NCBI RefSeq assembly: GCF_020745735.1
Contig: NC_083419.1
Location: forward strand, 41,810,085 to 41,874,084
DNA from: Hemiscyllium ocellatum
Taxonomy: Eukaryota
Direction of reading: 5' to 3'
Length of the DNA: 64,000 nt
The translations under genes and the position numbers were made by a program. Of the stretch, positions 12,440 through 25,900 are shown piece by piece; the first letter of the stretch is position 1, and every line of letters starts with the position of its first letter. The notes beneath the pieces were generated by a model. It worked only from the letters and a program-made list of their open reading frames with translations. It made no database searches and was not told the DNA's origin.

Positions 12440-15094
12440 AGCTGAAAATAATCCCAATTCTTGTTCTTATTTCAAGTAGACAGCTTAAGTATTTTGTCTG
12501 AGCAGTGCTGTTCAAGTTCCAATTGTCCCAAAAATAAGGGGCAATTGATCAGTTCCAGTTGTCTATCCATAGTGTTTTGGTGACCAAGAATATTGAAATT
12601 AATTTTCTTCCTCATCCATTTGTTACATTTAAGTAACACTCAATGTCAAAATATGTTATTCTGAATTCACACTCTTTCGGTTCAGAAGACTCAAATCAAA
12701 CTTATTTATGCCTTCATTCATTCAATCTTTGGGTGTGGCCATCTTGGCTGCACTAACATTTATTGTCTATGCCTAATTGCCTTAGATCAAAGTGACTTGC
12801 TGGGGGCACATTAGCTTATAATTCCAGATCTTTTAATGAATTCAAATTTTCTCATCTGCCATGTTGAGGTTCAAACCCACGTGCCCAGAGCAAGGGGTTC
12901 TAGTTTACTAGCCCAGACATTGCACGACACCATTTTCAGTACCAATGCTAAAGAGAAAAAATATAAGTGGCAGACAGAATGCAGAGTGCCCCATCCACTC
13001 ACCAGTGAGCTATCCAAGCTGCATTGAGGTCTAATCTAATTTACATACCTTTAATCTGCTGGCATGTTGGTCCCTCAGTTTGTCAGTTGAGGCTTACAGG
13101 CTGTGACAACTGGCAGGCAGAGACTGTGTACAATGTGATCCTGGGGAATGCCTCCCAGCAACAGTCCAGAGCTTTGTTGCATCCCCACATGCTGTAAGCC
13201 CCCAATGTTTCTGTTGTAGATTCTGGGTAAGCCACTGATATAGAGATCTAATACCCAGTCACTGTGTCTCTGAGCACAGCTCACCCACAGTTTAGATGTA
13301 GGTTCACTTCCTCTGGAGTTGCTTCAATCTGCCAATCTGGCTGGAATCAAAACTAAAAAGATCACTAAAATGAAAATGATTCTGGGCAGATTTATTGCAC
13401 TGCAGATTGACGTGACCTTAGCATTGTTCTTGAATGTTCTACTCATCTGGAGTTAGATGAGTAACAGTAACCTTGTAATGTTTTCATTAACATAAAATTT
13501 TCGCAGACATCCTGCTGCGGATTATCAAAACTCTGATCATCTTAGCTCTGCTGGAGATTACATGATTTTGGCCTCTCTTGACCTGCCCACAGTATATAAA
13601 TTGACAGACTGCATCTACCATCCAATGCTAAAAGGTCAGAAATGTGCTCCACTTGGACATTGGGAAGATCAATGCCTTTGTCTTCAATTCCACTACAAAC
13701 CCTATTCCCTAGCAACTGACTCTGTCATTCTACTGTTTGAAGCTGAACTAAACTGTTCACAATCTTAGTGTCATTTTTGACTCTGAAATGAACTTCCAAA
13801 CACTTAAAACAGCATGTCATTAAGATACCCATTTGCATTTCTAATACATTGCCTGATGCTATCACTGCCTCTGCTCTCCTGCTGCTGAAATCCTCCTCAA
13901 AACTTTTATTCACTCCAGAAATGACTATTCATAAATGTGAGGTTATCCAAAAGTCTGTTGCCCACTTCATATCAACCCAGTTCACATTTGTGGTCCTGCA
14001 GTGGTTTCTAATTAAACAACTCCTCCGTTTTAAGATAGAACTGCGGATGCTGGAGATCTGAAATAAAGACAGAAATTGCTGGCAAAATTCAATAGGTTGG
14101 GCAGCATCTCTGGAGAGAAAACACAGTTAACATTGAGTCAGGTGACTTCTCAGCAGATCATGAAGAGTCACCAGACTTGCAACATTAACTCTTCATTTTT
14201 CCCGACAGATGCTGTCAGACCTGATGCTTTTGTCAGCAATTTCTGTTTTATTATCTCAATTTTAAAATCCAATTACTTGTTTTCATGAACTTACCTATTC
14301 CTCCCTGTCTGTGCAATGTCCTCTGACCCCACAACTTTTTGAGAAAATGTGTACACTCTATTCCTTCAGCTGTCTACACTGAAGCTTTGAAATTCCCTCC
14401 CAAAACCTACCTACAGTTTTTAATTTCTTTAAGGTGCTATTAAAACATAATAGCCACTGATATAGAGATCTAATAACCAGTCACTGTGTCAAAGATTGGT
14501 CAAATCTTTGGATATCAGAGCTATACCACTACATATGGCTTGGTAGCAAAATGTTGTTTGACATCATTCTTGTGAAATGCTTTAGGGTAATTCCATATGT
14601 TAAAAGTATAATATAACTACAAATTATTACCATTGTTGTCAAATCATGAAAATGATTGATCTGTTAAGGCAAAGCTTTCAGCAACCTATACAAACCCCTT
14701 CAAGTCTACCCTACTCATCCCCTGTATATGATGAAATTTTTCCCTCAAAGTTTCCCGTTAAGATTTTTTAGTAATTATATTTATTTGTTCATTGTTTACA
14801 GTGTACAGGAGCAAAGTGTTCCAAGACTGAATCAATGAACTGCTTCTGAAACAGGCCTGACTGACAATGAGATGCAGTGTACTACTCTGCCAAGACTGAT
14901 GTACTTTATGAAGCCATAAGTGTCAATCTACAATTAAAATAAAAATTGGCAAATTGCCGAGGCTGGTTATCTCTCACGCAGGGTTGTTTTGCTTCGCTGA
15001 TTTTAAACCAAGACAAGGACAGATCTGGGGTGACTGTTGGACAATATTTTAGTCTGACAGTAATTCAGTGGTGATTGACAAGATTTGAAAACCC

Positions 15095-15275
15095 AGGCCA
15101 AAAAGTGTGGTGCTACAAAAGCACAGCTGGTCAGCCAGTATCCGAGGAGCAGCAAGTCCATGTTTCAAGAATAAGCTCTTCATCAGGAAGACCAGCTGCC
15201 TGCCTGGCTGTGCTTTTCCAGCGTCACACTTTTTGACTGTGATCTCAAGCATCTGCAGTGCTCACTTACTCCGAG
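15095..15275. mobile_element. Short fold-back PLE-derived insert
   Basis: Two inverted copies of the 12.3-12.4 kb PLE tail. Minus-strand CTGATGA-AGAGCTTATTCTT-GAAAC. 15-bp TSD AAGATTTGAAAACCC at 15080-15094 / 15276-15290. Confidence 0.8.
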
Positions 15276-17629
15276 AAGATTTGAAAACCCTAATTAAGGA
15301 CTATTTCCATTTAAATCGTGGACGCAAATAGGATGCTGAATGGGGATTACCAAATTTCAACTTCAAAAACAAGAATGAGGCTCAGGACAACAGGTTTGTA
15401 CTTTATAATTTCCAGTTGTCAGGAGTAACCCCATCACCACAGTACATCGCTTATATCAAGGTTGTTCTGCTTCACACATCCTGTAATTTCACAATCTTAA
15501 AATTACACACTCAGTGCAATCACACAGGATGTCTTTCAGAGGCTCACTGTTAATGGGATGCTACTTTTAACCTAAATATGGATTATTCCAGCACCGAAGA
15601 GCATGGTAAGCTTGTACTCTCTATCTCTTTCTCAACTTTAGTCTGTTTCTGATTCTCTCCAATTGTGGTGGGCCAGGATCTTATATTGATCGAGACTTGG
15701 AGTGCCCACTGACAAATATCCTTTGTATGGACGAGATTCTGTAATTGAGCTTGTAATACAGAGACAGGTAATATTAGATCCAGTAATAGATAGAAATTTA
15801 ATTTTGGTCCCTGTAACACTTGGAAGTATAATATGATTTGTGCATTACATAGAGTTAATATCCTTCCCAGGAATACTCAAAGCGGTCATGTCTATTTCAG
15901 TCATCTATTTCTGCAAGATTCAGGAATAAGCACCCTACTCTAACCAGCTGAAGAAAATTCGCCTGCTTTGCTGTTTACATCCAGCAAAAGGGTGCTCAAT
16001 GTGCCAATGTTGATTGAACTTAATTGATGTTGATATTTGAATGGTGTATTTAATATTAGCCCAGATCTTCGGATAGGAAGGCAGTCATTCCTGAAATGTA
16101 GACTGGAATTGTACATTGGGACCATGTGGAAATTCCATAGCAGCTAACTCCATGGCAGTTGCCTGGGAAGTTCAAACTTCTATTGGTTCCAATTTCAGGA
16201 ACTGTCCAAAAAATGTCCCAACTCTGAAGAGTTGGGAGACTTCAGATGGCTCTGACTTATTTACAGTTAGCTAGAAAATGTTGGAAAGATTAAAACCGTA
16301 TGTGTCCCACCTCTACAATTCCACCAGACATCCCCATTCCCACCTCTGTCCTCACCGGATGCCTAAAGACCCATCAATCCCATTCCCCCCAAAACCTTAC
16401 TGAAACAACACCCCACAAATGTCTCCTTGGTCCCAATGTTTCCCCAACCCCCCCCAATACTGTCCCAACTTGACCCAACTCTCTACCTCCCAATCCCACA
16501 ACCTACTCTACACTGGAACCCTAAACCTAACCTAAGCTTTCAACCACCTACCTTCCCCTTTTGCCAACCAGTAACCCCCCATCCACCTAGCATCCTACTG
16601 CATCATTCACCGATCCCTCACCTCTTACCCACCTGGCATCCTAAAAATACCAACCACTTGTCCCTTCCACGCTTGACATCCTAACATCCACCAATTGACC
16701 CTCTTCTCCCTTTACCGACTTATGTTAATTCTGCATTCTCTCCACAAATGCTATCAGACCTGCTGAGTTTTTCCAGCAACTTCTATTTTATTTCAGGTCT
16801 GGATATTCATGCTGATTTGGGGTGAATGGTCAGATAAATAGTTGGAGTGGGAATGATGATTGTGGAGTTATCCAGCTACTAAACCAGGTGTTAAACCTTC
16901 TTAAATTTCCTGGTAGATATTCAGGGTAGTCATGTGTATACAGCCCAAGTTTCTGCCCCCATGTTTAAGGTCACAAGCATTTGCAGAGACGCAGCTGGGA
17001 AACAGCCCTACAGAACTGTAAACTTCCCACACAATTCCCATTTAGTCTGTGTGTCAGGAGGTCCATCAGGTCCTGGCATAAATCATCCATCATGTGTCTG
17101 GTGTCTGTTAATCCAGAGACTGTAATATTTTAACTATTATCAATGAGACATTGTTCTGTAGACACGAAAATGCAATGAAGAACTATGGTGCTGGAGGTCT
17201 GAAACAAAAACAAAAATTGCTGGTGAAACTCATCAGATCAGGCAGCATCTGTGGGAAGAAAGCACAGTACACTCCCCTTGTTGCAGCATGTTTTCCTCTT
17301 TGAGAGAAACCTCACCACTACCATTTCTTTCTCTCGCTCCATCTCATTAACAAACTAATTCTGAGACAGGATGTCTGTCTACAGTTACCATAGCTACTCT
17401 TGCCTTTGTTTCAGAAATGAACATTTCGCACCTTGCACTTGGAAAGTCTCACCTTGGCCCCCCTCTGTTCCCATGGTAACCATGCCATCCAAGCATGTTT
17501 TAAGATGAACTTAAAACTAAGCTTTCAACTACCTACCTTCCCCTAGTGTTTGACTTGGGTCAAACACTATTGCCTGCATGATATGGTCTGAGTGCTTCCA
17601 TATGTTATCATCTCTGCTATTATCAGGGA

Positions 17630-18390
17630 TTTTTTTCCCTGGAACATATGAGGTTGAGGGGTGACCTTACAGAGGTATATAAGATCATGTGTAGTCTCTT
17701 CTTATAACTTAAAGCCTCCAGACCTAGTAACATGCTGGTAAATCTTTTCTGCACCCTTTAAAAAACAAAATTACTTGATCCATATCATTGTTCATGAGTC
17801 TCTGAAAATAACTTGCAGGTAGAGCAAACAATTAGGAAATAAAATGATATGTTGGCCTTTATTACAGAGAATTTGAGTATAGGAGTAAAGGTGTCTTATT
17901 GCAATTATATAGAGCCTTGCTGAGACAAAACCTGGAGTATTCTTTGTAGCCTATGTCTCTTTACCCACAGAAAGGTGTACTTACTATAGAGGGTATGCAA
18001 CAAAGGTTCATCCAACTAATACCTGGGATGTAGGGATTGTCCTATCAGTAAAGATCTCTGGAGTTTAGAAGAATGAAAAGTGAGCTTACTCATACATATA
18101 CAATTCTTACAGGGATTGACAAGATACATGCAGGAAGAAGTGTTCCCTGGATGGGAGAGGTGGTGGTCTAGAGCTAGGGGACACAGTCTTAGAAAGAGGA
18201 AGACCATTAGAGATGAGGAGGAATTCCTTCACTTAGAGGATGGTGAATCTTTGGAATTCTCTACTCCAGAGGGCTATGGAGATTCAATCGTTGAGTATGT
18301 TAATGACTAGGATTGGTATTGACATGCTAAAAAAAAATTAATGGATTTGAGATAGTAGAGGAAAATGGTGTTGAAGCAAAAGATCATATT
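17630..18390 (+). mobile_element. Degenerate CR1-type LINE 3' fragments (partly rearranged)
   Basis: Decayed RT C-terminal and 3' sequence similar to the better-preserved CR1 copies in the window. Confidence 0.7.
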
Positions 18391-18632
18391 GTGGGTAGTT
18401 GGACAGTTGAATCGTCAGATGGTAGACGCTGATTCGGGCGAGATGGGGGGGTTTGAGTCAGAAGTAATCGCTTGGTCAAGGTGGCAGTCAGTGAGTAGGA
18501 GTCAGTTGTGTAGTTAGCCAGATATTAAATTAGATTTGTCTGTCTAATAATATTGAGTTTCTACCTGGGTAAGTACTACAGAACTGTCTGAACTCTGTCT
18601 CCAACTCAAGAGTTGGAGACACCCATGGGCAT

Positions 18633-18634
<2 letters not shown>

Positions 18635-18682
<48 letters not shown>
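18635..18682 (+). repeat. (GT)24 microsatellite
   Basis: Uninterrupted GT dinucleotide run. Confidence 0.97.
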
Positions 18683-18684
<2 letters not shown>

Positions 18685-19359
18685 TAAGTAGGGGAATTGC
18701 CCATCAGAAATTAAAATTTCCAGGAACATTTCTAAATGATCAGCATGAGCAAATATCCAAAGAGCCCCAATCCATAGCTTCAGTCCTGCATAATTTTTCC
18801 AACAATATGGAAACCATAAGATTTCAGAAACTTTTTCATATCCCATGACTTTTCTCCAGGACTGTTTGCATCATCTCCAGGAGATGAATCTTTAATTCCT
18901 GGAGACTTCAAGACAATCCTGGATTGTTGCCAAGCCTAATTTGCCCATTATATCTGTAATAGTGCTGGCTCCAGCCTAATCTGATTTCTCTGCTCTTTCC
19001 CCATATCCTTTAGATGTTATTTAATTTTCATTTAAATGTTCCAATAATCTGAACTTTCAAAAGCCACTTGTGGTAATGTATTTTATATTCTAATAAATAC
19101 TTACATGAAAATCTTCTCCAATTCCACAATTCCATTCCCCTCCTACTTCTAATACTAATTCTAAATTCAGATGTAATTCCTAATGGTTTACTGCCCAGTG
19201 GAAATAATTTCGTGCTGTAAACCTTCACAAACCTTTTCAAAGCATTGGACACTTCTACAGATCCCCTGTTAATATTCTGCTCTAATGAATACCATTTCAT
19301 AGCTTACTTTTTTTCTCTCGGATCATCTTGGTGAATCTGTCTTGCAATTTTTTTTTATG

Positions 19360-19890
19360 TAATAGGATTCTAAAACCTCACTATTGGAAGGATATGTTTG
19401 CACTGGGGATGGTGCAGAGAAGATACGCCAGGATGTTGCCTGGGATGGAAAGTTTCAGTTATGAGGAGTGACGGGATAAGCTGTGTTTGTTTTCTTCTGG
19501 AGCAGAAGAGACTGAAGGGGGATCTGATTGAGATATACAAAATTATGAGAGACACAGCCTGAGTAGATTGTGAGAATCTCTTCCCCATTACAGACGTATC
19601 TAAGACTGGAGGGTGTAAGTTAAGGTGGAGAGTAAGTGGTTTAGAGGAGATCTGAGGAAAATATTTTTCACTCAGGGGGTGGTAGAAATATGGAACTTGC
19701 TACCTGAGAGGGTGGTGAGGCAGGTACTCTCACAACATTTAAGAAGCATTGGGATGAGTACTTAAAATACCAGGGTATAGTAGCCTATGGACCAAATGTG
19801 GGTAAATGGGATTAGTGTAGTTTGGTGCTTGTTGGTTAGCATAGACATGGTGGGCCAAAGGGCCGTTTCCTTGCTGTATGACTCTATGAC
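19360..19890 (+). mobile_element. CR1-type LINE 3' fragment
   Basis: Decayed RLKGDLIEIYKIMR-like coding remnant, ending in a ctgtatgactctatgac tail. Confidence 0.8.
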
Positions 19891-21050
19891 CTTGTTTTCA
19901 TACAAATCGTTCAATAGTTTCAATGCTGTTTTGTTATCTGAGGCAGAATCTTGGGGAGAATGCCAGAAGTTGAAATCCATATCACAGCTTAGCTCCATCA
20001 ATGAGGGTCAGTATGTAAAGTTACAGACTGCAGCTTACAATGCTGTGCACACTGTGGCAAAATGGTGGGCTGTCATCCTAAATTATGACTGACTGAATTG
20101 AATTGATCAGTATAATATATTGTGGAATTACTTCTTTGTTGTCCACTCTGTTTCTATCAGAGAGGTGTAAATACCGTGGCTGAATCTCTCAATATGAACA
20201 CCTAGAGGATCATAAATCTACAAATCAACCATCAGCCCACCACACCCAACTGCCCACCTCTCTACTTACCCACTCACCCATTCACTACTCTCAATCATTC
20301 ATTAAAGACTCAGAGTTTTAAAACCATCGCTGGAATGATAAGAGGACTAGTCCTCTCCTTCCTCCCTCTCTACTCCACTAATTGACATTAGAGAGGATGT
20401 GCTGCATAGTCCACTTCTCTGTCAGCAGGCATTGGAAGATCCTTGAAGAATTGGATAGTAGTGTCAAGACAGTAGTTCAAAACCATTGCTTTTAATTTTA
20501 TTTTGTTACAATAAAAGTCTTAAAACGTGAAATCCTGTTGTGAAATTCACTGAATAGGTCCCTGGAAATTCAAATATCTTTTTAAAAGTTATTGATCTCT
20601 GCAGGGATTGTATTACGGTATTGTTTAAAGGTTGACTATAACTTGCTTGCTTTTGTACTCTCTGTATCTATCAATCAAAACAAAAATTCAATCTGCCTTT
20701 AGCAGGTTTCTTAACTTACCTTTACATATTCAAAGATTTGTATTCATACACTCTCATTTCTTTGCATTCCTGCATTCTCTTAAAAATTGCATTGTATAGT
20801 GTATCATGACTCTCCGCACTCTCCTAACAAATGTATCACTTTATAGTTCTCCACATTAAATTTCATGTGTTGCAATTGGGATTTCTCAAATCTCATTCCA
20901 GAATGTGCTTCAACACACTAAAAGAATACAAAGGACTCACTCTTATGTCAATTAACCCTCCTAATATTTATTTAGTTTGTACATAGGACATCACAAGAAG
21001 TAATTCAAAAGTTGCCCCTTCTAGAAGTCTTGATTTCCCTAACTAACATC

Positions 21051-21190
21051 AATTCTGAGGAAGGGTCACCAGACCTGAAACATTCACTTTGATTTCTCTT
21101 CACAGATGCTGCAAGACCTACTGAGCTTTTCCAGCAACTTCTGTTTTTATTTCTGATTTTTAGCTTCCGCAGTTCTTTCAGTTTTTATTT
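21051..21190 (+). mobile_element. PLE-derived short repeat (third family) with hammerhead-like motif
   Basis: CTGAGGA-A-GGGTC-ACCA-GACCT-GAAAC followed by the common tail cacagatgctgc..acct.ctgagcttttccagcaa. Related copies lie near 1.1, 4.1-4.2, 5.4-5.5, 6.6, 14.0-14.25, 16.7, 17.2, 27.1, 46.6 and 55.7-55.9 kb. Confidence 0.7.
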
Positions 21191-22139
21191 AGTCTTGATT
21201 TTCAACTTGGTGTATACTATTCACTTGTCCACTGTAAGTCATGGGCCCCGCAACCTTTCATGTTAGTCTGTTTGCTCTTGGAGCTACAACATTGGTTAGG
21301 ACCATAATCTGGTCATTTGGTAAAACAGAACTTTAGCATTGCTCAAAAAAAACCACATTGTTTGAAGTTTGTTTTAGTATTGCACTCATCCAGACAATTT
21401 ACCAGAATAAAAATTCAAGGAAAAAAAAATCAACATTTATATTGCTTGAGAGTATAGTACTGATTGATTAGCTAATGGACTCTGATTTATACAGGCATTG
21501 CCTTGAAGAATGCATCGATTATTGATGAAGTCACGGGAGCTTTGTTTAAATACTCAAACAGTCAGGTTGGCTCTGTTTGGTCAGGGCATTGCCTTGAGCA
21601 ATGAACCAGTGAATGTTTGACACCTATTTATTGCATGAAACAGGCACAGTGTGTGTACATGTTCTGTCTATAGCAAAGAACAGGGCCCTGTGGATTAATT
21701 TATGAAGCACTACACTATGAGCCCAGCTGACAATCCTAAATTAATTGTCAGCATAATTATTTGAAGACTCGGGAATATCCAAAAAATGTTGTCCAATTTC
21801 AGAATTGCTACAATTGACTGTTCAGTGAGCTTTAAATTGTTCTGTGTGACCAATTGAAAACTTCGCAATAGGCCGCACCATAGTTCCACACAGTATCTTT
21901 CAAACTGCCTGTTTCTCAAATGTTACAATATTCACATATTGCAGGCTTGCACAGTACAAAATGGATTTCATCTTATGGTCAGTTACAAAAACAGAGGGAT
22001 TCCCTGCATTGGTGAGATCCGGTCTCTGCACCATAAGATTGTCAGCCACTGCTTTAATTCTACTATTTTCGCACTGTCTGCCACTATCTCTTAGATTAGA
22101 GCAATCTAGAATTGCTTTTTGTACATTATATGTAGGGGA

Positions 22140-23870
22140 CACTGGCCAGATCAGCATTTATTGCCCATTCCTAACTGCCCTTGAGAAAGTAGTGGTGAGT
22201 ACCCTTCTTGAATCACTGCACTCTTTGTGTACAGAGAAGTCTACAATGCTGTCAGGAAGGAAGTTCCAGGATTTTGATGAATCAACAGCGTGGAAACAGT
22301 GATCTGCTTTCAAGTCAGGATGGTGTGTGACGTGGATGGAAACTTGCAGAAGGTGATATTCTCATGTATTTGATATCATTGCCCTTCAGATGGTAGAGGG
22401 TTTGGAAGGTGTTGTCAAAAGAGTTTTGGTGAACTATTGCTGTGCATCTAATAGATGGTGCATGCTGCTGTCACTTTGCATTGGACACAAAGGGAATGAA
22501 TATTGAAAGTGGTGGATGGGGTGCCAATCAAGCAAACTGCTTTGTTCCTGATGCTGATGAACTTCTTGAGTGTTGAGAATGGTGCTGAATATTGTGCAAT
22601 CATCAGTGAACATGCATCATTTCTGACCTTATAATGGAGGAATGGGTACTGATGAAGCAGCTGAAGATGGTTGGGCGAAGGACATTACTCTGAGGAACTC
22701 CTGCAGAGATAGCCCAGGACTGATACAATTGGTCTTCAAAAATCACAATCATTTTCCTCTTGACTCCAACCAGTGGAGACTTTGCTCCCCTGATTCCCAT
22801 TGACTCCAGTTTTGCTAAGCCTCCTTGATGTCACACTTAGTCAAATGTACCCTTGACATCAAGGACAGTCACTCTCACCTCACCTCTGAAATTCAGCTTT
22901 TTGTTCATGTTTGAGCCAATGCTGTAATGAGGTCAGGAGCTGAGTGGCCCTGGCAGAACCCAAACTGGGTGTCACTGAGCAGGTTATTGCTGAGCAAATG
23001 CTGCTTGGTAGCACTGTTGATGACATCTCCCCTTAGTTTACTGATGATCGAGAGTAGACTGATGGGGCGGTAACTGGCCAAGTTGGATTTGTGCTTTTTT
23101 TTGCAAAAAGGGCATATATGAACAATTTTCCACATTGTCAGGAAGATACCTGTGCTGTAGCTGTTCTGGAACAGCTTTGCTAGGGCACAGCTAGTTCTGG
23201 AGTACATTTTCATTACTATTGATGGAATGTTGTCAGAGCCCATAGCATTTGCAATATCTACCATCTTTGGCTATCATTTAATATCATATCGAGCATAACA
23301 AATTGGCTGAAGACTGGTACCAGTAATGCTGGAGATCTTTGGACGATCAAGATGGATCATCTACATGGTACTTCAGGCTGAAGAGGAGCCTTGATCTGTG
23401 GAATTCCTTTGGTTGTGGAATCCCTTAGCTCTATCTATGGCATGCTGCTACTTCTATATTCACGTATTGCAGCTTCACTAGGCTGACACCTTACTTTTGG
23501 GTATGCCTGGTGTTGCCCCGAGCATAGCTTCCTGAACACTTCATTAAACCATCTCTTGGCTTGATGGTGACAATGGACAGGGGGATAGACTGCACAATGA
23601 AGTTGTAGGTTGTAGCTAAATACAATTCTGTAGCTGACATAGGCCCACAGTACTCCACAGATGCCCAGTTTTGGGTTGTCTGATCTATTTGAAATTTGTC
23701 CCATTTCACAAAGTGATAATGCCACACATCATAATGGAGGGTATCATCAGCAAGAACAGAGCACTCCAGATCCACAATGATTGTGTAGTCATCACTCCTA
23801 CCGTACTGACATGATCAGATGTTTTGGTGACAGGTAGTTTGGCGAGAGCAAGGTCAAATAAGTTTTTGCC
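22140..23870 (-). mobile_element. Degenerate non-LTR retrotransposon (CR1/L2 clade) RT fragment
   Basis: ORFs with YRPISLLSIISK, QFGF..GHSAPDLITAL and GVPQSNVLRP (RT motifs). Confidence 0.85.
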
Positions 23871-25019
23871 CTCTGTTCATTCTCATGTTGTGAGAGAATG
23901 CCTACACGGACCAGCTTTTAATTCCAGATTTTATTGAATGTGAATTTCCCCGTCTGCTCGGTCATCATGGGATTTGACAAGGGCTTTGGATTTCTAGCCC
24001 AATGTCACTGTGCAACTGTGTACCAACTGAGCAACCCAGAAGCTGCTCTGATGTTACAGAGTGTATTTAACAGCTATCCAAGAAAATGATCAAAGAAACT
24101 AGCATTCACAATGCATCTATCACAACCACTGAACATTGCAAGTTGCTTTACCGCAAATGAAGTGCTCTTGAAGTGTAGGCATTAATGCAGTCAATGAGCA
24201 AACCATTTGAAACATTGCAAACTCTCGCAAATGGCAACGATCAAATAATTCTCCTGCTCCTCTTCAAAATAATGCCATGAGATCTTTCATATCCTCATTG
24301 AGAGGGCAAAAAGAGCCTTAGTTAAATGTCTTATTCAATTGCCAGTACTTCTGATGGCACAACATTGAACTGAAATACCAACCTTAATCTTTGTGCTCCT
24401 GTCCATGAGGTGCTGTGGGCTAGCAGCAGCAGAATCCTGAACATTGTAATACAAGGACAAGAGTGCTACCAACTCAGCCACAGCTAACATAGTGAACTTC
24501 TATTACATAAATTCATTTTTGTAATAAACTTCTAAAAAAGTTCAAATGCACTGCTGCAGTGACTCCAAATCAAACTTATTTGTAAAGCCATTTGTAAGAA
24601 ATATCTCTGTTAACGTGCATGTCCCTGGTGTCAGCAAGCACAGCTTTGAAAAATTTATAGCTTTCAGCACCAAACGCAAACATTGTTTTAAGGCAAAAAT
24701 AACTGTCCAACTGCACTTGAAAGCTCATTGGTAGTTGAGATTAAACTCCAGACTCCTTCACACTCTGAGATTCAGCTCCTGCCTTTCATGAATTCAGTCT
24801 GTGTCAATATATACAATGGCCCAATGACACCAGAATAATTGTCAAGCAGACAATTGAACCTCATTGTACCAATTTAATTACCTATTATGAAAACAAATCA
24901 GCTCACATTTAAGACTGCAAATAAACATCAATAAACAGCACCTTGTACTTTCTTTTTAAAAAAACTTACCCCATATCAGTCAAACAACTATTTATCAAAA
25001 ACAATTAACACACAAGACG

Positions 25020-25900
25020 AATGGTTAGTAAGTTTGCAGGTGACACCAAAATCGATGGTGTAGTAGACATTGAAAAAGTTTATCTCAGAGTACAACAGGA
25101 CCTTGATCAGATGGGCCAAGGAGTAGCAGATGTAGTTCAATTTAGACAAGTGTGAGGTGTGCCATTTTGGTAAGGCAAATCAGGGCAGGACTAATGCTCT
25201 TAATGGTAAGGTCCTGGGAGTGTTGCTGAACAGAGACCTTGGGGTGCAGGTTCATAATTCCTTGAAGATAGAATCACATGTAGTTAGGATAATGAAGAAG
25301 GCATTTGGCACACTTGTCTTTAATGGTCAGTGCATTGAACGTAGGAGGTGTTGCACCTATACAGGACATTGGTTCGGCCACTTTTGGGATACTGTGTTCA
25401 ATTCTGGTCGCCCAGCGACAGGAAAAATATTGTTAAACTTGAAAGGGTTCAGAAAAGATTTACAAGGATGTTGCTGGGGTTAGAGGGTTTGTGCTCTAAG
25501 GAGAGGCTGAATATGTTGAGGCTATTTTCCTTGGAGCATCAGATGCTGAGGGGTGACCTTACAGAGGTTTATAAAATCATGAAGGGCATGGATAGGATAA
25601 ATAAACAAGGTCCTTTTCCCAGGTTAGGGAAGTCCAACTACAGAGCATAGGTTTAAGATGAGAGAGGAAAGATTTAAAAGGGACCTAAAGAGCAACCTTT
25701 TCACACAGAGGATAGTGTCGGAGGAAGTCGTGGAGGCTGGGACAATTACAACGTTTAAAAAGTATCTGCAGTGTATTTGAATAGGAAGGGTTTAGAGGGA
25801 TACAGCCAAATGCATGCAAACAGGACTAGAATAATTTAGGATATCTGGTCAGCGATGAGCTGACTAGCCTGTTTCCGTGCTTGTATGATTCTATGATTGA
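25020..25900 (+). mobile_element. CR1 LINE 3' fragment
   Basis: KFAGDTK, LYRTLVRPLLGYCVQFWSP and LRGDLTEVYKIM motifs. Confidence 0.9.

Noticed and set aside
18544-18848. ORFs with (HT)n and (VC)n runs
   Set aside because: These are translations of the (GT)24 microsatellite.
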